Assembly: GCF_006345805.1 (NCBI RefSeq)
Contig: NW_021833434.1
Span: 10,405-74,404, forward strand
Length of the DNA: 64,000 bases
Reading direction: 5' to 3'
From: Octopus sinensis
Lineage: Eukaryota
In this document: one piece after another, positions 48,335-60,999 of the stretch
How positions within the stretch are numbered: the stretch's first letter is position 1
Layout: every line of letters begins with the position of its first letter
Program-made: the position numbers and the translations under genes
The notes under the pieces: generated by a model
Told to the model about the DNA's origin: nothing
Databases searched by the model: none
Seen by the model: the letters and a program-made list of their open reading frames with translations, nothing else

Positions 48335-49039
48335 TATATGTGTATAATATTGTTGGTATTTATCTGTATATAAAAATGCAGGATGTGTGTATGTGTACGT
48401 GAATGTATTTTGCACGTCCACAAATTAGCATATGTCGCTCCAATTTTAGGAGGACATTTGTCATGATCCTAACTGTATTTTTGTCGAATTATTTTCCCGA
48501 AGCACCAGCGGGTAGTAGTAAAAACCTATTTTCAACCTTAACTTTTACCAATTTTGAAGTTTGCTAACATGAGTTAAGTCCCTTCTTGCCATAACGAAGT
48601 GAAAATGTGTGTGTGTGAGGGAGAGAGAAGTTGTGTTGATGTATGTATGTGTGTGTGTGAGGGAGACAGATGTTGTGTGTTGATGTGTGTGTGTGTGTGA
48701 GGGAGAGATAGAGTAAGTGACAGTGTTCACCAAAAATAAAAATGTAAAATGTTTTTTTTTCTTATACACGAGATATAGTATTCAAATTTAGGATGTTTTT
48801 GAAAGACACTATACTTTATAATCAGATTATATATACTTTCTCACACAACAATTAAAATATATTCATTTTAAATCATTTATTTATTTTAATTGTTCATCTT
48901 TCTCCCTGCCCCCCTCTCTCTCACACACACACACATTACTTTGGGCACGAAAGAGTTTGTTTTTATTTTACATTGAAAAAGTGTTTTGTTGAGAATCTAT
49001 GTATTTAACAACATAGAAACATTAAGTTTCTGAAAAGAC

Positions 49040-50997
49040 TTGCATTTAATGTTTCTGAAAAGAAAGTGGCTTGGAGAAGCTATTATGAAAGACTGCTGAA
49101 TGTAGAGAATGAATGAGGAGAAGAGCCTGCCAAATGTTAACCCAGTAGAAGGACCAGCTATCTGAATAGACAGCTCCCTAGTAGATAAAGCAATTAAGGG
49201 TATAAGAAAAAGCCCCGGCCTATCAGGAATCACTGCTGAGATGTTTAAAACATCTGGTGGAGTGGGCTATGGCCTAGTCACATGCATTGTAAACCAGGTA
49301 GTTCATAATGGAGCCATGCCCAATGACTGGCGTAGCAGCACCATAGTCAACTGCTACAAAGGTAAAGGTGATGCTCTAGATAGAAATAACTACAAGGGTA
49401 TTAAACTGCTGGTTCAGGTGATGACTGTCACAGAGAGGGTCATAGCCCATCTCATTAGGGAGAGAGTCTGCTTAGATGAGATGCAGTTCAGTTTTGTTCT
49501 GGGCAGAAGCACCACTGATGACATATTCCTGGTTTAACAACTGCAGGAGAAATACCTAGCTGAAGATAAACCCCTGTACTTAGCTTTTGTGGACTTGGAG
49601 AAAGCCTTTAACAGGGTTCCCCAATCCCTTATCTAGTGGGCAATGTGGAAATTGGAGATTGACAAATGGTTAATAAGGGCTGTACAGGCCCTATACCGAG
49701 AGGCTGTTAGTAAGGTTACGATTAGCAACGAGTATAGTAAAGAATTCCGGGTAGAAGTAGGGATCCACCAAGGTTCAGCCCTCAGTCCCTTTTATTCATC
49801 ATAGTCCTCTAGGCAATAACAGAGGAATTCAAGACAGGTTGCCCCTGGGAACTCCTCCATGCTGATGACCTGGCCCTCATAGCAGAATCACTACCAGAAC
49901 TAGAAAAGAAATTTCGGCTATGGAAGCAAGGTTTCAAATCAAAAGGCCTTAGAGTCAATGTATCAAAGACTAAAGTTATAGTAAGTAGGAAGGCAAACTC
50001 ATCACACACCCCCTCAATCTGTAGAAAAGGTGTTGGTAGAAACTCCATAAGATGTACCCAGTGTAAGCTATGGATGCATAAGAGGTGCAGCAACGTCAGA
50101 GGAAAATTAACCGAGAGATAGCTTTTGTGTGCTGCAGATGCACAGGGGCAATAGACACCACAGATACTCAGAAAACAAATTCCATCACACTCCAGGGAGA
50201 GAAACTAGAAGTAGTTGATAGTTTCCCGCTACCTAGGTGACCAAGTTAGTAGTGGAGGTGGATGCTCATAGAGTGTTCACCCCTACTAGTGACAAAGGGT
50301 CTCGCTCAGAGTGAAAGGTAGATTGTACGACACATGTGTGTTAACTACAATGCTTCATGGTAGTGAAACATAGGCTGTGACTGCAGAGGACATGCATTGG
50401 CTTGAAAGAAATGAAGCTAGCATGATCCGCTGGATGTGTAATGTCAGTGTTCACACATGACAGAGTGTAAGTGCCCTGAGAGAAATACTGGACATAAGAA
50501 GCATTGGATGTGGCGTGCAAGAGAGACTTTTGCACTGGTATGGTCATGTACTAAAGATGGATGAGGAAAGATGTTTGAAGAAATGCCACTCTCAAACAGT
50601 TGAAGGAATCCAGGGTAGAGGTAGACCCAAAAAGACATGGGATGAGGTGGTCAAGCAGGACCTTCGAACGTTGGGCCTCACAGAGGCAATGACAAAATAC
50701 CGAGAACTCTGGAGGCATGCTGTGACTGTGAAAACCGACAAATAACTTGAGTTCATGGCTGTCTCCTGCACCAGCTTCACATAGCAGCCCCAGCCCATCC
50801 AAAGTACCGTGGATCACAGGACGACCTTGTGCTTATCTTGGATTGTCGGGTGGCCTGCTGTGCTTGCGGAGGCCTATTGAGTCAAGTACATCAACATCAA
50901 ATAAAAATCAAATGGAAATTGTAGTTGTGATACCTGTGCTGGTGTCACGTAAAAAGCACCATCCGAAGCTTGACTGGCTTCCATGCCGGTGGCACAT
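49040..50997 (+). mobile_element. RTE LINE copy 8, both ends truncated
   Basis: AMPNDWRSSTIVNCYKGKGDALDRNNYKGIKLL, GIHQGSALSP and GRGRPKKTWDEVV. Confidence 0.92.
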
Positions 50998-51409
50998 TTA
51001 AAAATTTCGTATGTGAAAATTGTGTGAGCTTTATCTAAAAATTTGCCTGGAGTGTTTCATGGTAAATTTGAGAGTAAAAAAAAAATGTTTTCCATATTCT
51101 TAATCTCCTTATTTTTCCACATACATTGAAAAATAGATGGTGAAAAGATCAATGGGTATGGGGTGTGAAATTTCAGAAGCTTCCACTACAGCCCACCCTG
51201 TTTTTTAGACCACAAAAAGGGTTTTGTAGCATATTAGGTGGCCTTGGTAGTTGATTCCAAGCAAAAAATCAATTTTTTTTACTTAGTGAAAGTCGTGCAA
51301 GTGTTAGTCTAAAATTTAATTCAAAACCTTTTCCATTCATTTCTTTATGAAATTCTCTGTATGTAATTTTGCTTTCTTGATGGTCAAGGCAAATGATGAC
51401 TGGCAAAGC

Positions 51410-53267
51410 AACAGTGCCCTAATGCTGACATCGGATACAATGACCTGATCTACAATAATGCGCTGATTGAAATCAAGGATGCCCTGCTCAGGATGGGTGG
51501 GGCAGCGTTGAACACATTCTGTTTGCCATCCTCATTGCGACAGGACGTTAACACACTCCCACCAAAGTTACATCTGGACTTGTCGTATGACGCTGATGGC
51601 CTTGCAGAGTACCTGAGAGTAAATGAACCAAAATTGCTGCCTGATCAGAGGCTAGTGTACGAAACTGTCGTCAGTGCCATTGAAAAACAGGTGGGCGGCA
51701 TTTTTTTCCTCAATGCTGCTAGAGGTACCAGAAAATCCTTTGTAACACAATTAATACTTGCTAATATTCATTGCAAGAAACAAATGCACTAGCAGTTGCT
51801 TCCTCGGGAATCGCTGCTACGTTATTGCCGGTAGGTAGAACGGTGCACTCGGTATTCAGGCTGCCTTTACATTTGGTGAGGGCCGAGGTTCCTACTTGCA
51901 AGATTGGCAAAATTTCAGAGGAAGCTGAAGTCCTTAGTACCATCTCATTGTATGGGACAAATGCACAATGACAAGTAAGGGTGCCCTTGAGGCACTGGAC
52001 CAGTCACTGAAAGGTATTAGGGATTCTACAGCTTCTATGAGTGGTGTAACTCTATTACTTTCAGGAGATTTGTGGCAAACACTTCCTGTCATCCCTAAAG
52101 GGAGCCAGGCTGATGAAGTGCGTTTATGCCTTAAGTCATCGATGATGTGGCTCCAGGTTAAGACCTTAAGCCTAAGCGCAACATGTGTGCACACTTGCTT
52201 GGAGATAGCATGTCTGCAGCATTTGCTGAAGTCATTTTAACCCTTGGAGAAGGCAAGGTCCCTAGGAGTTATAGGGGTGACATATCCATCTCTGAACTGT
52301 GCAACACTGTGGACAACCCTTCTGATCTTTGGAAACAGTGTTCCCCAATCTGGAAAGTAATTATGCAGACATCAATTGGCTCAGTGAAAGAACCATCCTG
52401 GCCCCCAAAAACGTAGCTGTCAGTGCTGTCAACGACCAGCTCATAAGCCGAATTCCAGGTGAGGAGTGCATCTACAAATCAATTGACCAGATCTCTGACC
52501 CCCAAGACATTGCCATTTACTCTATCGAGTTTCTCAACTCATTGGAGCCAACATGGCTTCCACTCACATTCTTAGGCTAAGGGTTGGATGCCCAATTATG
52601 CTAATTAGAAACTTGCTTCCACCTAAACAGTGCAAAGGGACCTGCTTAGTAATCAAGTATCTGACGCCCCACTTGACTGAGGCCACCATTGTTACAGGGT
52701 GCTGGAGGGGTGAAAATATTTTCATTTCAAGGATGCAGCTTTATCCCTCAGGGTCAGACATGCCATTTAACCTCCTCAGATCGCAGTTCCCAGTGAGATC
52801 ATGCTTCGCCATGTCCATCAACAAATCCCAAGGCCAAACACTATTGGTGGCAGGCATCCATTTGGGGTTTTCCATTCAATCAGGATAAAAAATTGATGAA
52901 CCAATTCCTTATAGGATTTCCTACTAAAATTGGCTACACCCCATTTTCAACCATAACTTTCACATATTTTGACATATTTTCCCCAAACTTGATGCCAGCA
53001 TTACTTAGGACCCATGGAATCTTTGAATACTGTAAGTTCTCAAAAAAAATAAATAAACAATCGCTGAATGGAAATAATCGATAAACCAATTCCTTATGGG
53101 ATTTCATAATCAAATTGCCTGCAACCCATTTTCAGCCAATAGTATACCAATTTCAATGGATTTTGCTCAAATTTGATGTCGGTGTCACTTATTTTGGTTT
53201 GAAATAGAGTGTTTGATCACTTTATAATCCTAACTTAATTCCGGGCAACACCGAGCTATACTACTAG
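51410..53267 (+). mobile_element. Helitron A: decayed Pif1-like helicase plus intact 3' terminus
   Basis: YNNALIEIKD, FLNAARGTRKSF (degenerate Walker A), AVASSGIAATLL..GRTVHSVFRLP, SGDLWQTLPV, ERTILAPKN, PIMLIRNL and QFPV..CFAMSINKSQGQTL. Subterminal ~185-bp duplication at 52897/53083. End is CCGGGCAACACCGAG...CTAG|T (53241-53268). Confidence 0.92.
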
Positions 53268-53503
53268 TAAAATATATAATAAAATAACATAAATAAGTAG
53301 GCAGAAATAATGAATGAATTAATTAATTATAAATAAAAATAACCACATAAGCAAATTTATTTCACTTTTATAGTTTTATTTATTCTTTACTCCTTATTTC
53401 TCCTTACTTATTTACCTTATTTTATTTTATTTATTATGTTGTATAAATACCAACAATGTTATCCATGTATACATATACACATAATATAATCCATCTATGC
53501 ATA

Positions 53504-53821
53504 GTAAAGGCACGTGGCTTAGTGGTTAGGGCATTCAGCTCATGATCATAAGATCATAAGTTCAATTCCTGGTGATGCATTGTGTCCTTGAGCAAGACAC
53601 ATTATTTCACGTTGCTCCAGTTCACTCAGCTGGCAAAATGAGTAGCACCTGTATTTCAAAGGGCCAGCCATGTCATGCTGAATCTCCTTGAGAACTATGT
53701 TAAGGGTACACATGTCTGTGGAGTGCTCAGCCACTTGCACATTAATTTCATGAGCAAGCTGTCCTGTCGATCATATCAGCTAGGACCTTTGTCATCATAA
53801 CCAATGGAGTGCTCCTCAATG
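53504..53821 (+). mobile_element. tRNA-derived SINE (family 3) with 17-bp target-site duplication
   Basis: A box TGGCTTAGTGG, B box GTTCAATTCC and central TGTGTCCTTGAGCAAGACAC domain. TSD TAATCCAT(C/G)TATGCATA at 53487-53503 and 53822-53838. Confidence 0.88.
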
Positions 53822-53958
53822 TAATCCATGTATGCATATACACACAGATGTATACTTGTGCATGAATTCCCACATAAACTTTCCCTTTATTTCTAATTTT
53901 TATTCTTATCTTATTTATTCTATATTCATTATTTCTGCTGCCTTATCTAATTTTATTA

Positions 53959-55075
53959 CTAGCTGAAATACCTACTGTTGCCCAGGTTTAAGAAAATAAT
54001 GAAATTTAAAAATACCTTTTAGATCTCTAACATGAAACATAGACTACACTGGTCTTACCTCCTAGTAGCTGAGGTACCAACGTTATACATTAATAACCTG
54101 CCAGGTTATTGGAAATAATGAAATTTAAATATGCCTTTTAAATCCCTAACTAAAATGAAACCTGGATTATGCAGTTCTCAACAGTAATTAGCTGAGGTAC
54201 AAACTATTAATGTCAATAACATGTTTTATCCAATGTTTTCACTGTTAGAACTGTTAAAGACCAGGTAGTTCTTTGTCTTTGCAATCACCTTCAATTATCA
54301 GTACTTATTTGAAATGCATTGAACCTGAAAGTGCATAAATTTGAGAAGAACCAGTCTGCAGGCACTCTCCTCCTGTTAATAAGAATTTTAATAAAAATTC
54401 TATGTGATGATGTGTGAGTATAAACAAATGTATTGAAACAAATCCAGCAATCAGTCACAGTTTAATTATCTAGAGCTTCTAAATGATGTTTAGAGTGTGT
54501 CCTGTAATTGGTGTATAAATGAAAAGATTTTGGGGACTTCCAACCTGCGAACATCCTACATATAATTGCCCATGCGAGAAGCAAGGTGAAGTTCAACAAG
54601 AGAGGCTGTCCTTATTTATTAACATAGTGAAACTTAGTTTCACTGGGAGCTGGAACCATTCAAAGGGGATGTCATGTGGGATTAACAGGATCTGTGGAAT
54701 GAAGACATCCTCACCCTTATAGTTCCTAGTCATAATTATTGCTTCCGGGACATGGAATCACATCACTTTCACCACCAGTCAGGTGCCATTGCACAGTCGA
54801 GGTGATTCCAGATTCCTGAGCAGCATGATTGGGGCCTCCTTTTTAAGTGTTAAGTGATGAGGTAGCATCTCAGATGGCTGTAGAGAGTTCAAGAACTTAG
54901 TTTGAAAGACTGTTATTGTCCAGGCAACAGCTACAAGAGATCCCAGTCGATTTTGTTAATAGCATCATTACATGGTACTAAGATGGCTCGCTCACAGAGC
55001 CATTGACTGTTGCTAAAGTTTTGTGCAGTGTTTGGGAGCACATGCATTATGAGATCATTGACAGTTGGTACCATC
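53959..55075 (-). mobile_element. Helitron B: C-terminal helicase remnant plus 3' terminus
   Basis: Minus strand gives WLCERAILVP.N, PIMLLRNLESPRLCNGT, GEDVFIP and PCFSHGQLYVGCS. End is CCTGGGCAACAGTAGGTATTTCAG-CTAG|T (53986 to 53958). Two ~120-bp subterminal repeats (53985-54230) have a perfect AATAACCTG-C-CAGGTTATT palindrome at 54092-54110. Confidence 0.9.
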
Positions 55076-55080
55076 TCACC

Positions 55081-56445
55081 ACAGGCTTTCTGCCCCTCCC
55101 CACCAACTTTGGATGATGATAACTTTCAGAAAAATGGATATTTTAATGAAATTTTTAATGAATATGTGTTATATCATGTAGATTCCCAACATACAAATTG
55201 GGGGGGAAAAGTATTTTAGCAGGGGTTGGAGGAGGACTTTCGGAAAATTCACCGGAATCCACTTGAATTTGTCTTAACTTTAGAAAATGGATATTTTTAA
55301 TACAAATATACCTTGAAGTATGTAGATTCCATCCATATAGGATTTGGGAGGAAACAATTGGGATTATTTTTGTGAACTATTCCCCACTGGAGGATGTTTC
55401 AGAACAAGTTATCCATATTTGTTTCTGTTTCTCCGTTTTGTGGTTTGTGCACCTGTATATAACCCTTAACCCTAGTTGTAAAATTCAAGAAAAAATTGAA
55501 AAGTTAAGGAGTGGTGTATTAAAAAGTCTAAAAGTAGATTTTTTGCATATTCAGAATCTCCATTGGAGACAAGGTGGGAATACAAAGAAAAAACAAAAGC
55601 ACAAAAGGGTAGCATGCTTATTTTCAGTGTCTCACACACACACATATAATGAAAAAGATCAAATGAGGAATTTCCATCAGTATCATGTTTATTTTAGAGA
55701 TTATGTAACAAATTATACTTACACTTCTATATTTACTGTTTGCATTTATAAACTAGAGAAGTAAAAACTGGAGTTCCTGATGATGTCTGAGTAATATTAA
55801 AGGACTGTTGTGGTAGCAGACCACGAATGGTTTGTAATTCCTTCCTATTTTGCTCTGATGTCTTCTCCCTTTCTATGTAGAACCATTTACCTGGAATTTA
55901 CTTCGAGTGAAAAAAAAAATGTATGCAATAGATAAGTCATGTTAGAAGCATATATTGTGTACCATACGTTCAGCTGTTATTTTTAGCATGAGTTTTCTGA
56001 TGAGGGGTTCATTTGCTTTCATTGCCTGTTGCTTCAGTAGAAATCTATGGATGCACAAATGCACAAAAGAGAGAAAATGTAACAAATACGGATGACTTGT
56101 TCCAAAACACCTCCGAATGAGGAACAGTTCTGAAAAATAATCCCCAATTGTTTCCCCCCACCCCAAAATTCCTATATGTACATATAGGATTTCCCACAAA
56201 ATCTTATATGTATATAGTCCAAGGTATATTTGTCAACAATTTCATTTAAAAATATCCATTTTCGTGAAAGTTAAGCAGATTGAAGAGGACTCCAGTGAAC
56301 ACTTCCCCCAACAAATTTTATATATTCAGAATCTACATGATATAGAACATATTCGTAGAAAATTTCATTAAAAAATATCCATTTTTCTTAAAGTTATGAT
56401 CATCCAAAGTCTCTGAGGGTTGCAGAAATCTGTAATTATGCCCTG
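55081..56445. mobile_element. Foldback/MITE-like element with ~270-bp terminal inverted repeats
   Basis: 55107-55372 is the reverse complement of ~56131-56410 (ACTTTGGATGAT.ATAACTTT.AGAAAAATGGATATTTT...TATCATGTAGATTC...GAAACAATTGGG.ATTATTTTT). Each arm contains two AAAATGGATATTTTT subrepeats; the interior is non-coding. Confidence 0.8.
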
Positions 56446-56490
56446 TTGACAATTGATCAATTAAATGAAATCTCCATATGAAATTTTTTT

Positions 56491-56496
<6 letters not shown>

Positions 56497-56536
<40 letters not shown>
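56497..56536. repeat. (CA)n microsatellite
   Basis: Direct reading. Confidence 0.95.
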
Positions 56537-56539
<3 letters not shown>

Positions 56540-56999
56540 TAAGTATATATCTTACACAAATAGAAAGCCGGAGAAGAAAATATACAATGTAAGTAACTTT
56601 AGAAATTCTTTTTTATCTGAAATCGTCAGAACTGTAATGATGTATACATACGTGTGTGTGTGTGTGTGTGTAAATAGCTGGTTACTTAGTTACTATGTTG
56701 ACATTGACAATACAATTAAGTGAAAGTGTTAATAAGTTGATTTGCATCAAGAATAATCACATGGGATTTAAATGTGAAATATCAAGTCTTAATAAAGCCA
56801 CTTGTTCCCAAAATGGCCAAAATATGTTTTGGAAAATTAATGTACAGTATATAGTACCTCATTTAATTAACTGAAAAAATGGTGTCTGTCTCCGTATGAA
56901 ATTATTTTTCTGACATGAAAGTACCTTTAGAAATTCTTTTTGTCAGAATCATCACAACTGTAATAATGTATACATACATGTGTGTTAGGACATCAAAGA

Positions 57000-57219
57000 C
57001 AGGAAGTTCAAGCACAGGAAGTTAAGAAAACGATTTGAACAAGTGAATCTTTTCTGTAGAGCAATATTATTTATTTTAAAAAACAAAAAATAAATCAAGA
57101 TTACATTATTCTTTCCAAGGTCAAATTATTCATGTACCCCAAGTATGGTACAAATTAATTCAGAACTTTGAGCATGCATTGAGGACACACACAGACAGGG
57201 TATTTTTTTTATATTAAGA
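57000..57219 (-). mobile_element. Helitron-like 5' terminus
   Basis: Minus strand A|TCTTAATATAAAAAAAAATACCCTGTCTGTGTGTGTCC from 57220/57219, the same style as the 5' ends at 366, 1412 and 1455. It could be the 5' end of Helitron B, but this is not shown. Confidence 0.45.
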
Positions 57220-57514
57220 TATTATATATTTTAATTATCTACTTCTACTCTTATATAATTTAATTGATTATTATCATTATTAAATTTAAATATAAATATG
57301 AATATTAAACGAGCAGAAATCTCCACCAAGGCAACACTAACATCCTCTCAATGATTAACTGGAGAGGATTTTTAAAATGAGAATATCTGAAATAAACTCA
57401 ACTGCTCTCACAAATGAGAATATTAAAAATGAACCTGACTGCTCTCAAAAATTAAGTAAAAAACACGGAAAATTAATCCAGAATCCTTATCCACTATCTG
57501 ATTCATCCCAATGG

Positions 57515-57800
57515 TAGTCATGGAATGTGAAGGTGGGTGTGTGGGGCCATATTTGTAATGCTGCATGTGTGTCGTCTGCATTGGGAACAGGAACAGTTTT
57601 CTCTATGAAAGCCTTTTTTAGTCTATCCACTAATATAGTGTCTTAATGACCATTAAAGTCTATAGTGAAATATTTATCCATGTGTGAAAGAAAATGGAAA
57701 GGACCTGCATACAGTGCTGTTAACGGAGGTTTAACAACATCGTTGCACACAAAAATGTGAGTTCAAGAAGTAAAGCTTCCTTCAAGGCAGAGCTAGAAAT
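57515..57800 (-). mobile_element. Ty3/Gypsy integrase C-terminal fragment
   Basis: THIFVCNDVVKPPLTALYAGPF....KYFTIDFNGH*DTILVDRLKKAF matches the GPY/F-type integrase tail. Confidence 0.75.
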
Positions 57801-58289
57801 GCAATTGCCAAGTAGGTAAGAGGTTTTGAACAGGAGCTATATATTCAAAATTGGTAAAACTAAAAATTATCAAGGATAAATTAAATTTATTATTGTTACT
57901 AAATATTTTAGTGTTATTTAATTTCTGAGCAGTTTTGCTGCCATTTGTTTATGTAGTTTGATTTCTTTGTCCATCAGTTTCTACTAAGATAGAGATGTGT
58001 GTAAAATTAATATTAGAGAAACAAAATAATACTTTGGAAGCAACAACACTGTCATAACTTATGTGGAAACCATGGGTGTGCTTTCAAGGGAGATGATCAG
58101 AGAAAGACTTAAAATTCAGTGTAAGATCGTAATACTTAAGTAAATATAACAAATAATCTAGAATCCTTGTCCAGTACCAGATTGATCCCAAAATCTAATC
58201 AGTTTATGCTAGCCATGAGGCCAAGCATCCCTGAAAGTTTCATCTGAATTCATATGGTTGTTCTTGAGATATCTTGTCCACCAGCTTTG

Positions 58290-60035
58290 ATTTTAGTTTC
58301 ACTCATGCTAGAAACAAATTTTTCACTGAGATATTTGAATCCTTCATTGTCTACATTCATGGCCGTAACAAAATTCTTAAACAAGCCAAATTTAATGTGT
58401 AAGGGATGAAGGAAAATTTTCTGAAGGTCAACTAAAGGGATATATATTTAATGTCATATCTCCCTGGAGTGAATTCTCTTCACTTTGGCCACTGTTTTTG
58501 ATTATAGTGATGCTTGTCATCTCTGCTGTTCTAAAGGCACAAAAAGCACTAACGCTTTACATACCTCATTTGCAACCCAAGAAGCAAACCAATAACTTTC
58601 AAGTCCCTGCATATATTCCACTTGTGTTCAGAATATTTAATCAAGTGCAAAATTTTATCCATTGATTCATACATTTCCTTTAATCCTACATGCAATGAAT
58701 TAATGCAATTCTGTATGCCGTTTTGAAAGTACGAATATTTTATAACATGGTGTAAAAGATTCCATTGTTTCAACCTGGAGCCCAGTAGTTCTGACTTTTC
58801 TTTTGTTAAACCCAAGTCTCTAACTAAATCATTTAACTCAAGTGGACTCAATAAATACAGAACTTTTTTCGAAGATCCTGGTTCATCACAGTGATCTGCG
58901 GTATCACTTGACATGCCTTCAATTGAAGTAGATGCAGTATTTTCTTCATTTAAACTATCTTTGTCAAAAGATGAAGGAGGTTCTGGAATTGGAATATTTT
59001 CAGCAGCATGAGAAACTGGTTTTAAAGCTGAAGAGCAATCTCGACAAACAAATCTTGGATTTGTTCTCCCTAGAGAAACCTGTGATATTAGTTAAGCAGA
59101 AATAACAATTGGTATAGTGGTTTGTTGGTTTGCGCATACTTTTCCGTTTATCTTTCAACCATTGGGTTAGAGCTATGTAGCAGCTTTTGCAACAAAGAGG
59201 AGGTGCCCACAGTTTATCTTGGTCCCCAACTTTGGACCCAAAGTAAAGCTTGTAAGCATTTTAAAATTTTGTTGTAAGCTTATTTCTCTGATCTTTTGAT
59301 GTAAATTTTCCACACATAACAAAAGCTGTCCTGGGGATTAGCACAAACTTGTCTCCTCATCAAAAATAAACAGAAATAACCTAAATCAACACTCAATGAA
59401 GACTATCAGTAAACTAAAATATAAAATAAATCAAATGTAAATGTTACTGTAAAACATCAAAATATATTTCTCAAAAAAATCATTGAAATTATTATAGAAT
59501 GTACTGAAGCTATGGCTATCATGAAACAATTTTTTCCATCTCTAAATTTTAAGGATTGATCACTTTAATAAATAACTAAACTTTCTACTAAACTGCTTTT
59601 CATGTAACCTGGCTCTCTTATTTGATGTACTTTGTTTTAACAGCACTAACAGTTATCAAGGAAAGGGTGTCTGAGTGGCTTTCTATAACTTAATATCAAT
59701 AGCCTTTTGTGAGGAGAACTTTACTATAATTACAGCAATAACAAAGTAAAATAAATTCTCATCTTGTGTGACAATTTAACAGGTAGCCTACATTTAACCT
59801 CTATTAGCACTTATTTTTATTTCCGTGATGAGTATATGAATGAAAATTGAAAGCAAATAGCCTACTACTTTGTCAATATTATCAATTGGTTGGAAAATCT
59901 GATGCTGTGAATAACTAAAAAAGCTACACTTGCTGTCTGAAAACTGATGTCAGATTCAGATTCAGTACCTTAAAATTACCCTAAATCATCTGAAAAAGTT
60001 TAAATAGCATGACAGTTTTTTTTTTTTGCCCAATG
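58290..60035 (-). mobile_element. Chapaev3-like (CMC/Transib-related) DNA transposon, internally deleted, 3'-truncated
   Basis: MRRQVCANPQDSFCYVCG...YFG.KVGDQDKLWAP..CC.SC, NH..NCYFC, ELNDLVRDLGLTKEKSELLGSRL, IC.DLKVIGLLLGLQ...CFLC and PLHIKFGL. 5' end reads CA(T)TGGGCAAAAAAA...TTTAGGGTAATTTT...CTGAATCTGAATCTGAC. The family name comes from recalled motifs. Confidence 0.75.
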
Positions 60036-60999
60036 ATATTGTTATTAGTAATACTGAATTAAAAAAATGAATGAATATTTTTAACAATGCATGCACACAC
60101 ACTTACACATTGTAAACATAAATATATATTCTGTGTATAAATTGAATATTCCATCAAATCACTATGTAGTCCTTATATGTAACCTGAAGATTTTCACCAA
60201 AGGTATTTAAAATGAAAATTTTATTTATATTTGTATATGTCTTGTAATTTTGACTTCATGAAATGAAACAATTGTAGGTGATGGTATTGATTAATTAATA
60301 AATTCATTTATATTCAATTCATTTCCATTTTCTAATTATCATCATCATCATTATTATTATTATTATTATTATTATTACATATATATAAATAAATAAGATA
60401 TTCAGTGATCTGGATGGTTGTACATATACAAATATTTATTAAAGTGTGAAATGTTTTTACAAATCACATATAAGCACTTTCATCTACTCTAATAGATTTT
60501 TCAGATTTAAATTTTGTGAAGGGATTTATCTATTTTTATAGTATTAGTGAATAGGTTGGGGTGGAGAGGGAGAGGGGAGAAAGAAGAATAATGTGGAGGG
60601 AGGGAAAAACTGAGAATGTTTGTGTGTGTGTGTGTGTGCTCCTGTATCTGAAAGGAAGCTTTTGAACAAGAGACAAAGAAAAAGAATATATATTTTTAAG
60701 TAGGTGGCTAGGACAGATGCTTACTTTGGTTCTGCCAGCTCACCAGGTTTTTTGAAAGAAAAATGTTTTCAAAGTGAAAAAATGTGTTTTTTCTTAGTGT
60801 CAATGGAAAAGAGAAGGAAAGAAAGGAAGGAAGAAAGAAGAAAAAATGTGTTTATATCTATACAGTTGGTCAGTTCTTTCAATAGATGATGACAAGTTGA
60901 TTCTTGGTCTGTAAAAATGCCAAGACCAGGTGGTTACTGTAAGTTTCATTTTTGGATTTGGTTTGCAAGATTCTTTATATGAGTTCATGTGTTGAAGCA

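Noticed and set aside
55372-55764. 130-aa ORF inside the foldback element
   Set aside because: No recognisable motif, non-ATG start and it runs through a CA repeat; likely chance.
55775-55832. CTGATGA...GTCTG/CAGAC...CGAAT hammerhead-like pattern
   Set aside because: GAAA is replaced by GAAT, the spacing is off and no stem I or III is present.
60866-60938. AG...GTAAGT-bounded candidate fourth exon
   Set aside because: The 60866 acceptor has stops in all three frames, the 60886 acceptor has a stop in the required phase-1 frame, and there is no Ig motif.
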